A stretch of DNA of 64,000 nt from Macrostomum lignano. Taxonomy: Eukaryota. Shown here piece after piece: positions 1 to 19,710 of this stretch. Below the pieces are notes generated by a model, which was given only the letters and a program-made list of their open reading frames with translations, did not search any database and was not told the DNA's origin. The translations under genes were made by a program, and so were the position numbers. Positions within the stretch are counted from its first letter, which is position 1. Each line of letters opens with the position of its first letter. Location of the stretch: assembly GCA_002269645.1 (NCBI GenBank), contig NIVC01000177.1, forward strand, positions 380,134 to 444,133, given 5' to 3'.

Positions 1-80
1 CAGGCTTCACAGGTAGGGTCATTTTTGAATGGGCTGTTTTGTTATGTTTTGAAAAGCAAAGACGGTATTTTATAGTCTCT

Positions 81-830
81 CAGTGATCGGTCATGAAGAT
101 TTTTGTGTCAGTGATTGGTCATGGAGGTTCTAGTGTCAGTGATCGGTCATGGAGATTTTAGTGTCATTGATCGGTCATAGAGATTTTAGTCTGTCAGTGA
201 TCGGTCATGGAGGTTTAGTGTCAGTGATCGGTCATGAAGATTTTAGTGTCAGTGATCGATCATGAAGGTTTTAGTGTCAGTGATCGGTCATGAAGATTTT
301 AGTGTCAGTGATCGGTCATGGAGATTTTAGTGTCAGTGATCGATCATGGAGATTTTAGTGTCAGTTATCGGTCATGAGGATTATTAGTGTCAGTGATCGG
401 TCATGTAGATTTTAGTGTCAGTCATTGGTCATGGAGATTTTAGTGCCAGTAATCGGTGATGGAGATTTTAGTGTCAGTGATCGGTCATGCAGATTTAATC
501 AATTCGTTCATTGAGATCTAGCTATGGTCAGGAATCGGTCATTGAAATCTAGCTATGGTCAGGAATCGGTCATTGAAGTCTAGCTATGGTCAGGAATCGG
601 TCATTGAAGTCTAGATTTGGTCAGGAATCGGTCATTGAAGTCAAGCTTTGGTCAGGTATCGGTCATTGAAGTCAAGCTTTGGTCAGGTATCGGTCATTGA
701 AATCTAGCTTTGGTCAGGAATCGGTCATTGAAGTCTAGCTTTGGTCAGGAATCGGTCATTGAAGTCTAGCTTTGGTCAGGAATCGGTCATTGAAGTCTAG
801 CTATGATCAGGAATCGACAATAGTGTCAGC
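81..830. repeat. Two adjacent related minisatellites (~29 bp and 31 bp) in an AQR intron
   Basis: tgtcagtgatcggtcatggagattttag followed by tctagctttggtcaggaatcggtcattgaag; shared core atcggtcat. Confidence 0.9.
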
Positions 831-871
831 ACTCGGTCACTGAGGATCTGTCCCCTGCCATTCCAATCCAG

Positions 872-3800
872 GGAGAACCTGGCCGACCTGCAGCGCCGAT
901 TTGTAGTTGCCAACGTTGGCTCGCTTGAGAGCGAACTTGAGCTCTGCCGATTTCTCGACAAATTCGACATGCCTGACCTGCTAGCCGTGGCTGAGCACCT
1001 CGGATTGCGTGTTGAGCACTCGGAATCTGGCGAGTCCGAACAGCGCCGCCTCATCACCGCCCTGATGGTGTACAGATTCTGCAAGCGCAAGTCCCAGCTG
1101 GACACTATCAATTCCATGTCTCTGTACCCTACGGAGCAGATCATCTGGGATGAGAATATTGTACCTGTCGAGCGTTACTATGGTGACGGTTGTCTAGCAT
1201 TGCCCAAACTGAATCTGCAATTTCTAACTTTGCACGATTATTTGATGAGAAATTTTCACCTGTTCCGGTTGGAGAGCACCTACGAGATTCGGCAGGATGT
1301 TGAAGATGCTGTTGCCAGGCTGAGGCCGTGCCAGGGTGACATGGGCGAAGATGAAGTCGTCTTTTCTGGCTGGTCTAGGATGGCCCTGCCCATACAGGTG
1401 ACTGGCTCAGCTGTTCTGATGTTATCTACCTCTGCCTCCCCTCTACCTCCCTCTCTACCTTCCTCTCTACCTCCCTCTTTACCCCCTCTCTACCTCCCCT
1501 CTCCTGCCTCTCTACCTCCCTCTCTACCTCCCTCTCTATCTCCCTCTCTACCTCTCTTTCTACCTCTCTTTCTACCTCCCTCTCTACCTCCCTCTCTACC
1601 TCCCTCTCTATCTCCCTCTCTACCTCCCTCTCTACCTCCCTCTCTATCTCCCTCTCTACCTCCCTCTCTACCTCCCTCTCTACCTCCCTCTCTACCTCCC
1701 TCTGCCTCCCTCTCTATCTCCCTCTACCTCCCTTTCTCCTCCCTCTGCCTCCTTCTACATCCCTCTCTACCTCTCTTTACCTTCAACTCTCTTCCCTCTC
1801 TACATCCCTCTACCTCCCTCCCCCTCTCCCCCTCCCTTTACCTCCCTCTCTCCCCCTTCCCTCTACCTTAATCTACCATCTATTCCTTGTCAACAAACCT
1901 GGCACTTCTTTATCTACAAGCGCCCATCCTACTCCCCGACTGTCTTACATTCCAGTCGTTCAACATAATCGAGGTTGCTAAGCCGTTGCTAGGCTCAAGC
2001 CAGCCGTCGAAAGTTCGCGCCGATGTATCCGTGATGCTGGCCTATCGCCATGATGTCGTCAAAGAATGGGACACCCTGCGCAGGCACGATCCCTGCTTCC
2101 TGATCACGGTGCGGCCGACCTGCCCCAGGGGCACGAAATTTGACTACAAAGCGCCTTTTGTACCGCAGGTTGGACTCACCTGCGTGAGAGGCTGCGAGCT
2201 CGAGGGCCTGCTTGACGAAGAGGGAAAGGTAAGAGTTTTTTTCATGTGCACACTAAACTATTCGCTTCATATACTTTGCTTGCTACTCTTTAGTAGGCAT
2301 TCTTTTGTCTTTTTTGTTTTTTCGATTTTGAGAATTGCCTCTTAGAAAGCAGATCTAAGCCGTAGAAATCGATAATTTTTAGTTAAAATATCGCATTCAA
2401 GGAAAATAAAAAATATGTGAAAATAAATCGGTTTATTTTATGAATAGTCATATTTCTAATAGTCATAGTCTAAGAAGAAACGCAAACACTCGATTTTTAG
2501 AAACTTTTCATTCGAAGAAAAGCTCTATTCCAAGAGTTCGCCATAATATGCGTCTATTATAAGAATTTCTCAATTATAAGAAACGCCTCATTCCAAGAAA
2601 AGTGTCATTCGAAAAAAGCCGCATTCTAAGAAAGTCCCCATTCTAAGAAAACCTTCATTCTAAGAAAACCAATATTCGAAGAAAAAGCCTTATTCTAAGA
2701 AAACCATTATTCCAAGAAAAGCCTCATTCCAGGAAAACCACTATTCCAAGAAAAGTCTCATTCTAAGAAAACCACTATTCCAAGAAAGGCATCATTCCAA
2801 GAAAACCGCAAGAAAAGGCTCATTCCAAGAAAACGAATATTCCAAGAAAAGCCTCATTCCAAGAAAACCAATATTCCAAGAAAGGCCTCATTCCAAAAAC
2901 TACTATTGCAAGAAAAGTCCCATTCCATGAAAACCATTATACCAAGAAAACAATGATTCCAAGAAAAGCCCCATTCCAAGAAAATCACTATTCCAAGAAA
3001 AGTCCCATTCAAAGAAAAACATGATTTCAAGAAAAGCCCCATTCAAAGAAAAGCAATATTCCTCATTCCAAGAATTTCAAGAAATGCCCCATCCCAAGCA
3101 TCGCCAGCTAAATTTGCATTGCTTCGAGTCTGAAATCCCATTGTACTTTGGATCGCAGATCATCCCGGAGGAGCAGATGCACCAGATGCGGCCCCAGGGT
3201 CGGCACCGGACCTATAGAGTGAGGCTGGACCCCTGCCAGTACCAGACGGACATGGAGCGAGTCAGCGAAGGCTCAGGCGAAGACGTCTACTCGTCATTCA
3301 ACGTGCTGCTCCGTCGAAAGCCAAAGGAGAACAATTTCAAAGCCGTACTGGAAACCATACGCAACCTGATGAATACAAAGTGCGTAGTGCCCGACTGGCT
3401 GTTGGACTTGCTGCTCGGCTATGAAGATCCCGGTTCGGCTAATTTCATCAACAGACCGGATGCTTACCTGCCTGAGCAGGATTGGCGCGACACGTTTCTT
3501 GACCAGGATCATCTGGCCGCTTCTTTTCCTCAGTTTGAATTGGAATGGACTACTACTGATAGTAGTAGTGAACAATCCGACAGTGACAGTAGTAGGGAGC
3601 CGCCGTATCGTTTGATCTTTCCAACGTTGGAAGCGGAAGTTGCTTCTCAACCCGAGGCTAAACCGGTGCTGAAGGCTCTGCCTTATAGGCCGCCTAGAAG
3701 GGGACCGTACAAGTCTGCTCAGTATAAGCGCAACGCTGTGCGATTCACGCCTACTCAGGTGAGAGCCGCGAGGGTAGATTATGGCGTAGAGAGGCTGGTT

Positions 3801-4395
3801 GAAGGTGTAGATTGGATGGTAGAAAGTGTAGATTGGATAGTATAAAGTGTAAATTGGATGGCAAAAGGTGTAGATTGGATGATTAACCGTGTAGATTGGA
3901 TGGTAGAAGGTGTAAATTGGATGATTGACAGTTTATATTGGATGGTAGAAAGTGTAGATTAGATGGTAGAAAGTGTAGATTGGATGGTAGAAAGTGTAGA
4001 TTGGATGGTAGAAAGTGTAGATTGGATGGTTCAAGACATGTAGTTCAGATGGTATTTTGTCATTTGTCATATTTTGTAAAATATGTATTGAAAGAAATGC
4101 CAATGGAATTCAATAAATATGGAAAACGATTACAATTTCAATCACTGCAGGTGCGCGCCATCCGCAGCGGCATGCAGCCGGGCCTCACGCTGGTTGTCGG
4201 ACCGCCAGGCAGCGGTAAAACCGACGTGGCTGTGCAAATCATTGCCAACATCTATCACAACTATCCTCATCAGAGGACTCTGCTGGTTACCCATAGCAAC
4301 CAGGTAAGCCGCTGGGTTCGAATGCTTTTTGTCTGTCTCAATTAGTCTGTCCGTCCGTCTGTCTGTCTGTCTGTCAGTGTCTGTCTGTCTGTCTG

Positions 4396-4430
<35 letters not shown>

Positions 4431-7400
4431 AGAGACAAATTCCCAATACCAACTCTCCCCACTGGCGTGTCTCCTCAGGCTCTGAACCAGCTATTCGAGA
4501 AAATCATGGCCCTAGACATCGATCAGCGCCATCTGCTTCGCCTCGGTCGCGGCGAGGAAGCCTTGGACACCGAGGGCGACTTCAGTCGGCACGGCCGGGT
4601 GAACTACATCCTGGCCAGGCGCGTGCAGCTGCTGCAGGAGGTCGGCCGTCTCGCCGAGAGCCTCGGCATGCCGCTGGATCAGGCGGCCGATTCTTGCGAA
4701 CAGGCCGAATATTTCTTTATGTATCACGTGCTGGACAGGTGGGAGGCCTTCTTGCACAGGTGAGTGGCAGTTTTTAGGTGTCTGTACTTTAAGGAATTAA
4801 GGCGAATTAAAGCTGACAGAGTACTTATATGGAGACGTGTTAATCATAGGTGTTAATCATAGATTGAACTCGACAGAAAGAGAGAGAAAATAGAGTAAAC
4901 AGAGACAAGTAAAGGTGAACTGAAGAAATGACAAAGAAAGATGCGACATGTACTTTAAAAATCGCGGGATAGCAAGGAGATGTAGCTCGTACCTTAGAAA
5001 ATTACGAGGATAGATCGAATATGTACTTTAAGAGATCACGGGGATAGCGTGGAAGATGTACTTTAAGAGATCATGGGGATAGCGTGGAAGATGTACTTTA
5101 AGAGATCACGGGGATAGCGTGGAAGATGTACTTTAAGAGATCATGGGGATAGCGTGCAAGATGTACTTTAAGAGATCACGGGGATAGCGTGGAAGATGTA
5201 CTTTAAGAGATCATGGAGATAACTGGAAAACATACTTTAGAAAATCTAAGGATGGCTTGTGCTTGTACTTTAATTAATTGGGGTGTGTGTTAAAGATGTT
5301 CTTTTAAGCATAAAGTATTGTAGTACTCGTAGGTAGCTAAACATGTACTTTAAGGAAATAGAGGTATTTGGAAGATGTAAATTCTGAAATCTAAGGATAG
5401 CCGGACTGTGCTCATGCACTTGAAGGAATTAAAGATACTTATATTTATGTACACTTAAGGATGAGATGTCAAATAACTAGCGAGTTTAACATTAAACATT
5501 ACAGAATCAACACGGAGACGGTTAGCAACGCGGATTCGAGCGCGGCAGCCGCGCTAGTGTCGCAGCATTTCCCATTCCACGGCTACTTTGCTAACGCCGA
5601 CTATTTGCCGCTATTCAAGGGCGACTCTCTGGAGGCCGACATGGACTCTGCCAGGGCTTGCTTCCGGCATTTGGAGTCGCTGTTCCAGCAGCTCAGCGAG
5701 TTTCGCAGCTTTGAGCACATGCGATCCGGAGTAGAGCGGGCAAATTATCTGCTAGTACAGGAGGCTAAGATCATTGCGCTAACCTGCACTCACGCCAGCC
5801 TGCGACGGCAAGACTTGGTGCAGCTGTCATTTCACTACGATAACATCGTTATGGAGGAGTCCGCTCAGATTCTCGAGATTGAAACTTTTATACCGCTGCT
5901 GTTGCAGAATCCCGATTACCAGGTGAGAGATTTATTACCGATATGTATCGAAATTTGTATAGTTACACTTCTCTGGTTTCTTTGCAGTAACCAGAAAATA
6001 CAAACTAAACACTAAAATACATACCTTTTCTAATTACCGATATGTATTGAAATTTGTATAGTTACACTCTCTGGTTTCTTTGCAGAACCTTTTCTAATTA
6101 CCGATATGTATCGAAATTTGTATAGTTACACTTCTCTGGTTTCTTTGCAGTACCTTTTCTAAATACCGATATGTATTGAAATTTGTATAGTTACACTCTC
6201 TGGTTTCTTTGCAGAACCTTTTCTAATTACCGATATGTATCGAAATTTGTATAGTTACACTCTCTGGTTTCTTTGCAGAACCTTTTCTAATTACCGATAT
6301 GTATCGAAATTTGTATAGTTACACTCTCTGGTTTCTTTGCAGAACCTTTTCTAATTACCGATATGTATCGAAATTTGTATAGTTACACTCCCCTGGTTCT
6401 TTTGGTGGAACTTTTTCTTCTAATTACCGATATTTATCGAAAATAGCATAAAAATAAGCAGAAGACAATTACAAAGCATTCTATGATTAACATATCAGCA
6501 ATAGTTTAATTATATAAATTTGTTTTTTTTAAATAGCTATTTGCCGATATGTATAAAAGATTTTATAATTCAGAAACAGATTTTTTGGCTTTCTTAATCA
6601 CCCATATCAGTCTAATATTTGCAACAAGCCAAACACTTGATTTATTTGTACAAAAAATATCAGTGATTTTCATCAAAATTAGACAAATAGTTTTTAAAAA
6701 AACCACTGATATGTATCGGAAATATAGAAGAAACTGTATCTTTTTACATAAGTAACGGTCTGTATCTTTTTTTAAATTACTGTTTCAGTATTTACACTCC
6801 CCTACCGATATGTATCGAAATTTTCATAAGTCGATTTTTCGAAACTAATTTTCTAACTACCGATATGTATCGAAAATAGCATAATCGCACACTTATTTTT
6901 TGCTTCCAATCCCTTCTAGGGCAACTCGACCCTAAAGCGTTGGATAATGATCGGCGATCATCACCAACTGCCGCCCGTCGTGAAGAACATGGCCTTTCAA
7001 AAGTACTCCAACATGGAGCAGTCTTTGTTCACCAGGCTCATCAAACTCGGCGTGCCAGCCGTGCAGCTGGATGCCCAAGGCCGGGCGCGCAGCTCCATCG
7101 CCGAGCTGTACCGCTGGCGCTACACCCGCCTGGCCGACCTGCCGCACGTGCTGCTCCAACCGGAATTCCGGTTCTGCAATCCCGGCTTCGAATTCGACTA
7201 TCAACTGGTCGACGTGGCCGATTTCAACGGTGTCGGAGAGTCGGAGCCGAATCCGCATTTCTTTCAGAACCTGGGCGAGGCGGAATACGCGGTTGCGATA
7301 TTCATGTACATGCGGCTGATTGGCTGGCCTGCTGAGAAGGTCAGTTTGCATATAGTTGGACCTTTTTCTTAGAAATCAGATCTTGGTTTCTAAATTTCTT

Positions 7401-10400
7401 AGAAATCAGATCTTGGTGCCTGGATTTCTTAGAAAGCAGATCTTGGTGCCTGGATTTCTTAGAAAGCAGATCTTGGTGCCTGGATTTCTTTAGAAATCAG
7501 ATCTTAGTGTCTAGATTTCTTAGAAATCAGATCTTGGTGCCTGGATTTCTTAGAAAGCAGATCTTGGTGCCTGGATTTCTTAAAAATCAGATTTTGGTTT
7601 CTGGATTTCTTAGAAATCAGATTTTGGTTTCTAAATTTCTTAGAAATCAGATTTTGGTTTCTAAATTTCTTAGAAAGCAGATCTTGGCGTCTAGATTTCT
7701 TTGAAATCAGATCTTGGTGTCTATATTTCTTAGAAGTCAGATCTTAGTCATAGTGTCTATAATTTTTAGAAATCTGATCTTGTGTCTAGATTTTTTAGAA
7801 ATCAGATCTTGGTGCCTATAATTTTTAGAAACCAGATCTTGTGTCTACATTTATTTTAAATCACATCATCACGTCATTGATTTTATTGATGTCAAAGTTG
7901 ACAGTCAGTGACATTTGACTGGCAGTGACATTTGACTGGCAGTGACATGACAGTTAGTGATATTTGACTTTCAGCGACATTTGACTGTCAGCGACATTTG
8001 ACTGTCAGAAACATTTGACTGTCAGCGACATTTGACTGTTGACGAGTTAGCTCAGGGCACTTAGGTTAGGATCGACAGTTAATCTTCCCATATCCCTAAG
8101 CGAGTGCATCTAGCTCTAACCCGTCGCCACCCCACCCGCCTCCCAGATCACTATCCTGACCACCTACAACGGTCAGAAGCACCTGCTTCGCGATATTGTC
8201 AACTCTAAATGCGCCGACAATGCCCTGCTAGGCCGGCCCAGCAAAGTGACCACAGTGGACCGGTACCAAGGCCAGCAGAACGATTTTGTCATCTTGTCGC
8301 TGGTGCGCACAAAAGCTGTCGGTCACGTTCGAGACATTCGCCGACTAGTGGTGGCGCTGTCCCGGGCTCGACTCGGCCTCATAGTGCTGGCCAGGGAGTC
8401 GCTGTTCAGAAACTGCTTCGAGCTGCGACCGGCTTTCGACTTGCTCTCTAAACGGCCGAGTCAGCTGCGCCTGCTGCCCTGGGAGTCCTTCTCCGTGCCC
8501 CGGCCCATCAACTCTCGGCCAGCCAGGCAGCCAGTCAGCGTTGTTGACGTGTTCCAAGCTGTCCGCATAGTTCAAGAGCTGCACCAGGCTCGCCTGAGAA
8601 CCATGGCTCTGTCGCAGCCGCCGCAGGCGCCTCGGCCGCCTTCGCCGCCTCCGATGCCGCCGCGACTGCCCGAAGGCGCCGTGCAAGCCTACAGCAGCGG
8701 CAGCGCCGAGGCCTCCGAGTCTCAACCTGCCAATGCCGAAGTTGAAGTTCTCGAAGCCGACGACGTTGAACTCATTGAAGAGGTTGGCGTCGATACGCAG
8801 ACTGGCACCGAGGAGGGGCATCACGTTGCCTCTTATCAGTCTGACGAGGAGAATGAGGCTGCAGAGGATGAGGCGAATATTGTGGAGGGTTACTCCAAGG
8901 AGTCTGCGGCGACCAAATCTAATGAGTCAAATATCGCTAAAGGATACGCTCAAAATAAGCCGGCTACCGATGGGGAATCCGAGGTAACCCGAATCGCCGA
9001 AGGAAAATCCAAGGAAACCCCAGCTGCCGAAGGTGAATCCGAGGAAACCCCAGCTGCCGAAGGTGAATCCGAGGAAACCCCAGCTGCCGAAGTGGAATCC
9101 ACGGAAAACCCAGTCGTTGAAGGGGAATCCGAGGAAGCCCCAGCTGCCGAAGAGGAATTCAAGGAAACCCCAGTCGCTGAAGGGGAATCCAAGGAAACCC
9201 CAGTCGCTGAAGGGGAATCGAAGGAAACCCCAGTCGCTGAAGGGGAATCCGAGGAAACCCCAGTCGCTGAAGGGGAATCGAAGGAAACCCCAGTCGCTGA
9301 AGGGGAATCCGAAGAAAACCCAGTCGCCGAAGGGGAATCCGAGGAAACCCCGGCTACCGGAAAGGAAACTGAGCAAACCACAGTGGCAACAGAAAAATCA
9401 AAGAAGACTCCAACTTCTAGAAGAAGATCCAAGAGAGCTTCAGCCGTCCAGGAAGAATCCGAAGAAGCACAAACCGCCGAAGCGGAATCCAAAGAAGCAA
9501 CTAAAGAAGAATCCGAGGTAACCCCGGCCGTTGAAGAGGAATCCGGGGAGGCCACAGTTGCAAAAGGGAAATCAAAGAAGACCCCAGCGGCTAGGAGATC
9601 CAAAAGAGCCTCGGCCACCGAAGAAGAAACTGGTAAAGCTGCAGTCGGTGAGAAAGAATCCCAGGAAACCCCGGCTGCCGAAGGGGAATCCCAGGAGGAA
9701 ATTCCGACTGTCGAAGGGGAATCCCAGGAAACCCCAGTCGCAAAGAAGAAGACTCCGAAATCAAAGAAGACTCCAGCTTCTAGAAGACGATCAAAGCGAA
9801 ACTCAGCCACAGAAGAAGCCTCAGTCACCGAGGAAGAATCCCAGGAGGCTTCAACAGCCGGTGGAGAATCCGAGGAAACCACAGTTGCAAAAAAGACTCC
9901 AACTACTAGAAGAAGATCCAAGAGAACTTCAGCCGCCGAAGAACCCGAGGAAACCCCGGTCGCCGAAGGGGAATCCCAAGAAACCCCTATTGGGAAGGGG
10001 AAATCCCAGCAAACTCGATCTTCTAAAAGATCAAAGAGAACCTCTGCCGCCGAAGAAGAATCCGAGGACACCCCGGATGTAAAACGGAAATCGGAGAAAG
10101 CCCCAATTACTAGAAGGCAATCCAGAAGAATCTCAACCGCCGAATCCGAGGAAACCCCAGTTGCTGAAGGAGAATCCGAGGAAATCCCGACTGACGAAGT
10201 AGAATCCGAGGAGACATCATCGACAAAGGGGAGCAGCAGGAAAGCCCCGGTTGCTCGAAGGCGATCGAAAAGAACTCCGGCCGCCCAAGAGGAGGAATCA
10301 GTGGGAACCCCGGCTTCCGAGGGGGAATCCGAGGAAGCCCCGGTTGCGACGAGAAGGTCAAAGAGAGCTCCAGCTGCGACGAGGAAATCCAGGAAGGCGG

Positions 10401-10519
10401 CAGCGGATGCGGCCGACTCATCCGCCGTGTCAGTCGAGGCTGATTCGGCCGAAGAGGCGGAGACCCCCGCTGAACAGCCGCCGGCAAAGAGGCGAAGAAG
10501 CCGAAGGCGTCGCAACTAA
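872..10519 (+). CDS. AQR: Aquarius / intron-binding spliceosomal SF1 RNA helicase, 3' part (5' exons lie upstream of the window). Exons 872-1397, 1956-2228, 3159-3758, 4151-4303, 4479-4759, 5505-5922, 6920-7339, 8147-10519
   Basis: Motifs recognised from AQR: [49 protein letters not shown], Walker [58 protein letters not shown]. All seven introns are GT-AG with matching phases (0,0,0,0,2,0,0). Confidence 0.96.
1432..1875. repeat. CT-rich 12-bp repeat (ccctctctacct)n, AQR intron
   Basis: Direct inspection; produces the PPSL tail of ORF 969-1871. Confidence 0.9.
2500..3080. repeat. Degenerate ttccaagaaaa-based minisatellite, AQR intron
   Basis: Recurrent cattccaagaaaa / tattccaagaaaa. Confidence 0.8.
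3775..4030. repeat. 21-bp minisatellite gtagattggatggtagaaagt, AQR intron
   Basis: Direct inspection. Confidence 0.85.
5021..5230. repeat. 35-bp minisatellite, AQR intron
   Basis: atgtactttaagagatcacggggatagcgtggaag, about 6 copies. Confidence 0.9.
5930..6420 (+). repeat. ~64-bp minisatellite containing acceptor-like tctctggtttctttgcag, AQR intron
   Basis: AG ends at 5987, 6085, 6150, 6214, 6278 and 6342. Confidence 0.9.
7365..8040. repeat. 30-bp minisatellite (tttcttagaaatcagatcttggtgcctgga) followed by a 17-bp repeat (cagcgacatttgactgt), last AQR intron
   Basis: Direct inspection. Confidence 0.85.
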
Positions 10520-12076
10520 CGATTGATTTGATTAATATGGCTTTCACCTGTCATTTTGATGATTAAAAACAATTTAACAACTTTCCTGGTTTAGTCAAAT
10601 TAATTATTTATACGCGTTTGTATTTGTTTTTAATAATAAGTACATTCTGTACTTTGTGAAAATTATGAAAAATTGTCTTAATATGAAATTAAAGTAAACT
10701 CGGTGTTTTAATTAATTCAACTTTGTGCTCAGCTGTGCTCCGTCTGTTTCAGCTTTGTATTAAAAAAAATCCAGTTTATTCTTTAGTCTTTGAAAAGTAC
10801 TTTTCTGCACTACAGACTTTGAATTAACTTCTGCTAAGCCTTCGGTTGGTTCGCTGATTCTCAAGAGTCTCCATCGCACTGAAGGTATTTTAGTCTATCA
10901 TTGACTATCAAGGTCCTTAACTTGATAAGTCCATCCATGCGGAATTGATTTTTCGGTTGCATTTGACAGCAGACTATAAGTGTGAAGCCTAACTTGCTAT
11001 AAACCATGGCTTGCTACATTCTGCACATTAACGAACACTGCTGCGTTGAAATTATCCGATGTGGATTAATGATGGAAGCATCTTACGGATGGCTCGCCCA
11101 CTCGCTCACTCTGTAGGTTGGTAATTCTAAGATGGACATGACGAAGGTTTCTCTTTTTTTATAGATACACTTAGCCTTGACGGATAAAATGCTTGAAAAT
11201 GAAATCGAAAACTTGTTTATAAAAGCAATTTGTCCTGCTTTTGTAGCTGTCCTTGAATCGCCTGCACCCTAGCAGTCGCTTTCTAAGAATCACCGTTTGC
11301 ACTTTAAATGTCTCTTTCTAAGAATTGCCGTTTGCACTTTAAAAGTCGCTTTCTAAGAATCGCCGTTTGTAGTTTGAAAATCGCTTTCCTTGAATGACAT
11401 CATGCACTTTAAAAGTCGCTTTCCTTGAATCGCCTTCTGCACCTTAGCAGTCGCTTTCTAAGAATCGCCGTTTGCAAATTAGTTTCCTAGAAATGCAAGC
11501 ACAAACTGAAACGTAACCAATCTCTCTCCAGCCAATAAAAGTTTTTATATACGAATAGTTCACAGGTCCGTTTGCGCTTCTCTGGGCAAACATTTCTAAA
11601 AAGTTCATTTAAAGGCAAAAAGCCTTCTTATGATCGGAATTGACTTAACAAATGAATGTGGCGCCTGTCTGCTTTCTCGACCAATGTGTGTCTGTAACTT
11701 CTCTTCCACAAGATCTGCCTTATTGATTAGGCCTGTCAGGCTTCAAGGCTGCGTCTCAACTACAGCTGAATGAATAGTTTATTCTACAAAAACTTCCGAA
11801 GGAAAAGTGGCTACAGGTATAATGCCGACATCACAATGCTGTTAGCAAACCTCACAGGCCTCATCATCATGTGCTAGTAGTACTTTTTAACTACAGTAAA
11901 GAGAAATGCAAAAAACCACCAATTAAAAACCAGTTCTATCAGTGTAAGCCTCTAATTGGTCAGCCGGATGCTCATGCTCTAGCAGCTCTGCTAGATCTGG
12001 TACATATTCCCCTGCCGGCTACTTTCCTAAGTCGCGGCTCTCTGTGCTTGGTAGAATCTCGCGTTCCAACTATAAA

Positions 12077-18964
<6,888 letters not shown>

Positions 18965-19710
18965 CTGGAGTGTTCTGTGCTCAACCTGGGGTACTGGACT
19001 CTGTACCTGAAGGTGCTGTGACTGGAGTGTTCTGTGCTCAACCTGGGGTACTGGACTCTGTACCTGAAGGTGCTGTGACTGGAGTGTTCTGTGCTCAACT
19101 TGGGGTACTGGACTCTGTACCTGAAGGTGCTGTGACTGAAGTGTGCTGTGCTCAACCTGGGGTACTGGACCCTGTACCTGAAGGTGCTGTGACTGGAGTG
19201 TGCTGTGCTCAACCTGGGGTACTGGACTCTGTACCTGAAGGTTCCGTAACGTGAGTGTGCTTTTGAACTGTTCAATCCGATGCACTTGAAATACTAAACT
19301 ACTACTATATACTAAATAATTGTACTACATTAATATAGCAATATCCTCATGGGAGTAAACTCAGTAGTTACCATAACTGACTGTCTATTCAAGATTTTCA
19401 TTATCCCTGTTGTGTCCTGTTCCTGTAGGTACTAGCAAACCCTAAGTATGCGCTGTTCTGTTTGTTGTCGAACTGTTTCTAAACATAACAGCAGAAATCA
19501 ATGTGTTTTTGTTAATTAGTAGTAAAATAAAGTGGAAGAATTCATCAAACATTAAAGGACATGCTTTGCACAAAAGCAGTCACGTATAATTACGAGTTTA
19601 TTTGTTTTACTTATTTCCTTATACGCTCGTGTAACTTTCAGCTGTGTAGGGCAGTAGTGGTACAGTAGTGGCCTTAAACATTTAGGTGCTATGTGTCATC
19701 AGCAACTTCG

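Noticed and set aside
8950-10515. 521-aa antisense ORF
   Set aside because: Shadow of the repetitive AQR tail; the sense-strand codon usage leaves few antisense stops.
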